This document shows, piece by piece, positions 61,287 to 64,000 of a DNA stretch of 64,000 nt. The notes below the pieces were generated by a model. The model was given only the letters and a program-made list of their open reading frames with translations, was not told the DNA's origin and did no database searches. A program made the translations under genes and the position numbers. The DNA is from Candidatus Uhrbacteria bacterium (GTDB lineage Bacteria; Patescibacteriota; Patescibacteriia; UBA9934; GWF2-40-263): positions 82,805 to 146,804 of the forward strand of contig JAPLZK010000004.1 of assembly GCA_026395055.1 (NCBI GenBank), read 5' to 3'. Positions within the stretch are counted from its first letter, which is position 1. Every line of letters begins with the position of its first letter.

Positions 61287-61381
61287 GGAGAGATACCCAA
61301 GAGGCTGAAGGGGGGAGATTGCTAATCTCCTAGGTCGGTTTTAAACCCGGCGCGAGGGTTCAAATCCCTCTCTCTCCGCCA
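61287..61381 (+). tRNA. tRNA-Ser(GCT)
   Basis: ggagaga/tctctcc, ggaga-tt-GCT-aa-tctcc, long variable arm, CCA. Confidence 0.95.
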
Positions 61382-61460
61382 TTCGACTCGCTTCGCTCGC
61401 TCATGGTCGTTGACCATGCAAGAGCGCATGTGAGTCGAATGTCCTGAGCCTGTCGAAGGG
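61381..61460. repeat. REP-like palindromic element between tRNAs
   Basis: attcgactc/gagtcgaat stem and cctgagcctgtcgaaggg motif. Confidence 0.65.
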
Positions 61461-61480
61461 CTTACTACAATTTCAACCAA

Positions 61481-61569
61481 GGAGAGGTGGCCGAGTGGTT
61501 GATGGCAACAGTCTTGAAAACTGTCGAAGTTAATAGCTTCCGCGAGTTCGAATCTCGCCCTCTCCGCCA
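61481..61569 (+). tRNA. tRNA-Ser(TGA)
   Basis: ggagagg/cctctcc, acagt-ct-TGA-aa-actgt, variable arm, CCA. Confidence 0.95.
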
Positions 61570-61672
61570 GACAAAAATACCGAGTATAAACTATTCGGTA
61601 TTTTTGTTTGGCGGAGCCAAACCGAAGGTTTGGAAAACTTGCGAAGCAAGTTTCAGGGCGAGACCTCCCATC

Positions 61673-61748
61673 TCGCCCTCTTCACTAGAATCCAAGCGTG
61701 AGCTTATGTTTCGCCCTCCCCACCAAACTCCAAGCGTAAGCTTACGTT
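61673..61748 (+). repeat. Two tandem 38-nt units each starting with a degenerate tRNA-Ser 3' end
   Basis: tcgccctcttcacta.. and tcgccctccccacca.. versus tRNA tcgccctctccgcca. Confidence 0.7.
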
Positions 61749-61768
61749 CTCTGATAGAATCAGTTTAT

Positions 61769-62485
61769 ATGTCCACACGTTTTTATCCCAACAATGAGCG
61801 AGGAACTTCCGACATTGGCTGGCTTTCCTCAAAGTTTAGTTTTAGCTTTGCAGATTTTTATGATCCAGATTTGGAAGAATTCGGTACGCTTCGTGTTTTG
61901 AATGACGACACAATCACGCCAAACGCAGGTTTTCCTCCGCACTCGCATCGTGATATGGAAATTATCACCATTCCAATTCGTGGAGCATTGAAACATGAAG
62001 ATAGTATGGGACACTCCGAGGTTGTATCGGCGGGGGAGGTTCAAGTGATGTCTGCTGGATCTGGGGTGATGCATTCCGAGTTTAATGCGAGTGCAACAGA
62101 ACCTGTTTCTCTTTTTCAAATTTGGATTCAGACGGCTGTTCGAGGGGTGACTCCTCGATATGATCAGAAGCGATTCGACTGGCAGAGCGCACCGCATAAT
62201 CAACTTCAGTTGATTGTCTCGAACGATGCACGTGATGAATCACTTATGATTCATCAGAACGCATTCTTCTCGATTGGAATATATGATGCAGCACAAAAGG
62301 GAACGTATAAATTACAGAATGCATCGAACGGCATTTATCTATTTGTGATCGATGGCCGCATTCATGTTGGTGATCAGGAGCTCACATCTCGAGATGCGCT
62401 TGGAGTGACAGACGCATCGCAAATAGATTTCGAGACAATCGCTTTGGACACGCAAATTTTACTGATCGAAGTTCCGATGACATAG
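61769..62485 (+). CDS. Pirin family protein (YhhW-like)
   Basis: FSFADFYDP, LRVLNDD, GFPPHSHRDMEI, HSE, QIWI. Confidence 0.93.
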   Translation: MSTRFYPNNERGTSDIGWLSSKFSFSFADFYDPDLEEFGTLRVLNDDTITPNAGFPPHSHRDMEIITIPIRGALKHEDSMGHSEVVSAGEVQVMSAGSGVMHSEFNASATEPVSLFQIWIQTAVRGVTPRYDQKRFDWQSAPHNQLQLIVSNDARDESLMIHQNAFFSIGIYDAAQKGTYKLQNASNGIYLFVIDGRIHVGDQELTSRDALGVTDASQIDFETIALDTQILLIEVPMT

Positions 62486-62524
62486 TTTTTGTTTTCCCTT
62501 CATTCACGATAGAATGGGTGTGTT

Positions 62525-62779
62525 ATGAAAAAACTTTGGTTTAAGGCAAAGCAATACGGTTGGGGATGGTATCCGGCAACCTGGCAAGGTTGGCTCGTGC
62601 TACTTGGGTTTCTTGTACTCGATTTCGGAAATGTGTTTCGGTTGGATGTGAAACACGGAAGTTCGCCAGCTGTTGCTAGAGAATTTTTTATTGAGACAAT
62701 CATTCTCGTCATCGTGTTGATTTGGATTTGTTATCGAACGGGTGAGAAACCACGTTGGAGCTGGGGAGTTAAAAAATAA
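62525..62779 (+). CDS. Small membrane protein
   Basis: WFKAKQYGWGWYPATWQGW, two TM segments, GEKPRWSWG. Confidence 0.8.
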   Translation: MKKLWFKAKQYGWGWYPATWQGWLVLLGFLVLDFGNVFRLDVKHGSSPAVAREFFIETIILVIVLIWICYRTGEKPRWSWGVKK

Positions 62780-62787
62780 TTATTTCT

Positions 62788-63579
62788 ATGTTTCTATTTT
62801 TGAAAGCCATTATTCTTGGAGTCGTTGAGGGGATCACAGAATTTCTCCCTATCTCATCCACAGGTCACCTCATTATCGTAAACCAATGGGTTGCATTTGA
62901 TCCGGCGTTCACAAAGTTGTTTGATGTTGTGATCCAACTCGGAGCAATTCTCGCGGTCGTTGTGTATTTTCGAAAAGAAATTTGTCCGTGCACAGCGAGC
63001 AAAGAAAAACGTCCAGAGATTTTTGCGCTTTGGAAAAAACTCATCATCGGCGTGATCCCCGCGATTATTCTTGGAGTGCTCTTTGCAAGTAAGATCGAAG
63101 AGAAGCTCTTTAATCCCATCACGGTTGCAATCGCCCTTATTCTTGGTGGAATCATTTTGATTCTCGTCGAAAAACGAACGCACAAAGAAGTATTTACCAC
63201 CATCAAGCAACTCGATGTCAAAACCGTTTTGTTGATTGGACTCTTTCAGTGTCTCGCCATGATTCCGGGAACATCCCGCAGTGCGGCAACAATCGTTGGG
63301 GCACTTTTACTCGGGGCATCTCGCGTCGTTGCGGTTGAATTTTCATTCTTTCTCGCAATTCCAACCATGATCGCCGCATCTGCATACGATCTCCTTAAAC
63401 ATTGGCACGCAATGTCGAGCATGGACCTCGCTGTTCTTGCAGTCGGATTCCTCACAACATTCTTTGTGGCACTGCTTGTCATCTCAAAGTTAATGCAATT
63501 CATTCGAAAACATTCTCTCACGGCATTTGGGCATTATCGTATCGTGCTTGGATTATTGATTCTGCTATTTTTGAAATAG
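62788..63579 (+). CDS. uppP: Undecaprenyl-diphosphate phosphatase
   Basis: EGITEFLPISSTGH, IQLGAILAV, PGTSRSAAT, EFSFFLAIP. Confidence 0.96.
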   Translation: MFLFLKAIILGVVEGITEFLPISSTGHLIIVNQWVAFDPAFTKLFDVVIQLGAILAVVVYFRKEICPCTASKEKRPEIFALWKKLIIGVIPAIILGVLFASKIEEKLFNPITVAIALILGGIILILVEKRTHKEVFTTIKQLDVKTVLLIGLFQCLAMIPGTSRSAATIVGALLLGASRVVAVEFSFFLAIPTMIAASAYDLLKHWHAMSSMDLAVLAVGFLTTFFVALLVISKLMQFIRKHSLTAFGHYRIVLGLLILLFLK

Positions 63580-63580
63580 T

Positions 63581-64000
63581 ATGAATAGAAGATTTGTTCC
63601 TTGGGTTTTATCGATCGCGATTGTCAGTTGTTTATGTTTGATTATTGCTGTCACGGTTCAACAGTCTTACAGACAAAGTGCGAATGATCCGCAGATTCAA
63701 CTCGCGGAAGATATGTCTGCCGCATTTTCAAACAATCAATTTACGGACGAGACTATTAAGTCTAGTTTTGAATCGTTTGTTCCAGGTAAGATGCAAGTGG
63801 ATATCGGTTCGAGCTTGTTACCTTGGATTCAAGTGTATGATGAATCGGGTGAGGTTCTGTATTCATCTGTAAGTATCTCGGATGTACAATCTACGCCGCG
63901 CGTTCCAAGAGGAATCCTTGAGTGGGTTACAAAACACGGTGAAGATCGCGTGACATGGCAACCACAAAAAGATCTTCGCCAAGCAATTGTTGTGACGAAG
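63581..64000 (+). CDS. Membrane-anchored hypothetical protein, truncated by window end
   Basis: MNRRFVPW..TM..QQSYRQSANDPQIQLAED..EDRVTWQP; frame open to edge. Confidence 0.75.
   Translation, partial: MNRRFVPWVLSIAIVSCLCLIIAVTVQQSYRQSANDPQIQLAEDMSAAFSNNQFTDETIKSSFESFVPGKMQVDIGSSLLPWIQVYDESGEVLYSSVSISDVQSTPRVPRGILEWVTKHGEDRVTWQPQKDLRQAIVVTK

Noticed and set aside
61487-61768. N-terminal extension of the pirin ORF
   Set aside because: Runs through tRNA-Ser; real start is 61769

Overview
Bacterial chromosomal window that looks like a Patescibacteria (CPR) genome, probably an ABY1/Uhrbacteria-like Parcubacteria lineage (inferred from gene style and content). It uses standard code 11, since TGA is a stop and prfB is present. 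Housekeeping genes include valS, argS, nusA, yidC, groES/EL with CIRCE, frameshifted prfB, tsaC, rsmA, serS, uppP and four tRNAs. The window also holds a CPR-type VirB6/PrgI/VirB4/VirB8-like cluster running into comF, and a 3221-aa Cys-rich giant surface protein. Main observations: (1) genes fall into two initiation classes, with many native genes having a -10 box only 5-13 nt before ATG and no Shine-Dalgarno, while dispersed accessory genes carry strong SD motifs; several of the latter resemble Myxococcota proteins (MopE-repeat/FG-GAP lipoprotein, Hanks kinase module); (2) two long structured non-coding regions (16058-16320 and about 46545-46816) share short motifs in the same order; (3) small palindromic elements sit in frame inside proteins; (4) inverted short-period tandem-repeat arms occur at gene junctions. 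All family assignments come from motif recognition by eye, without database searches.
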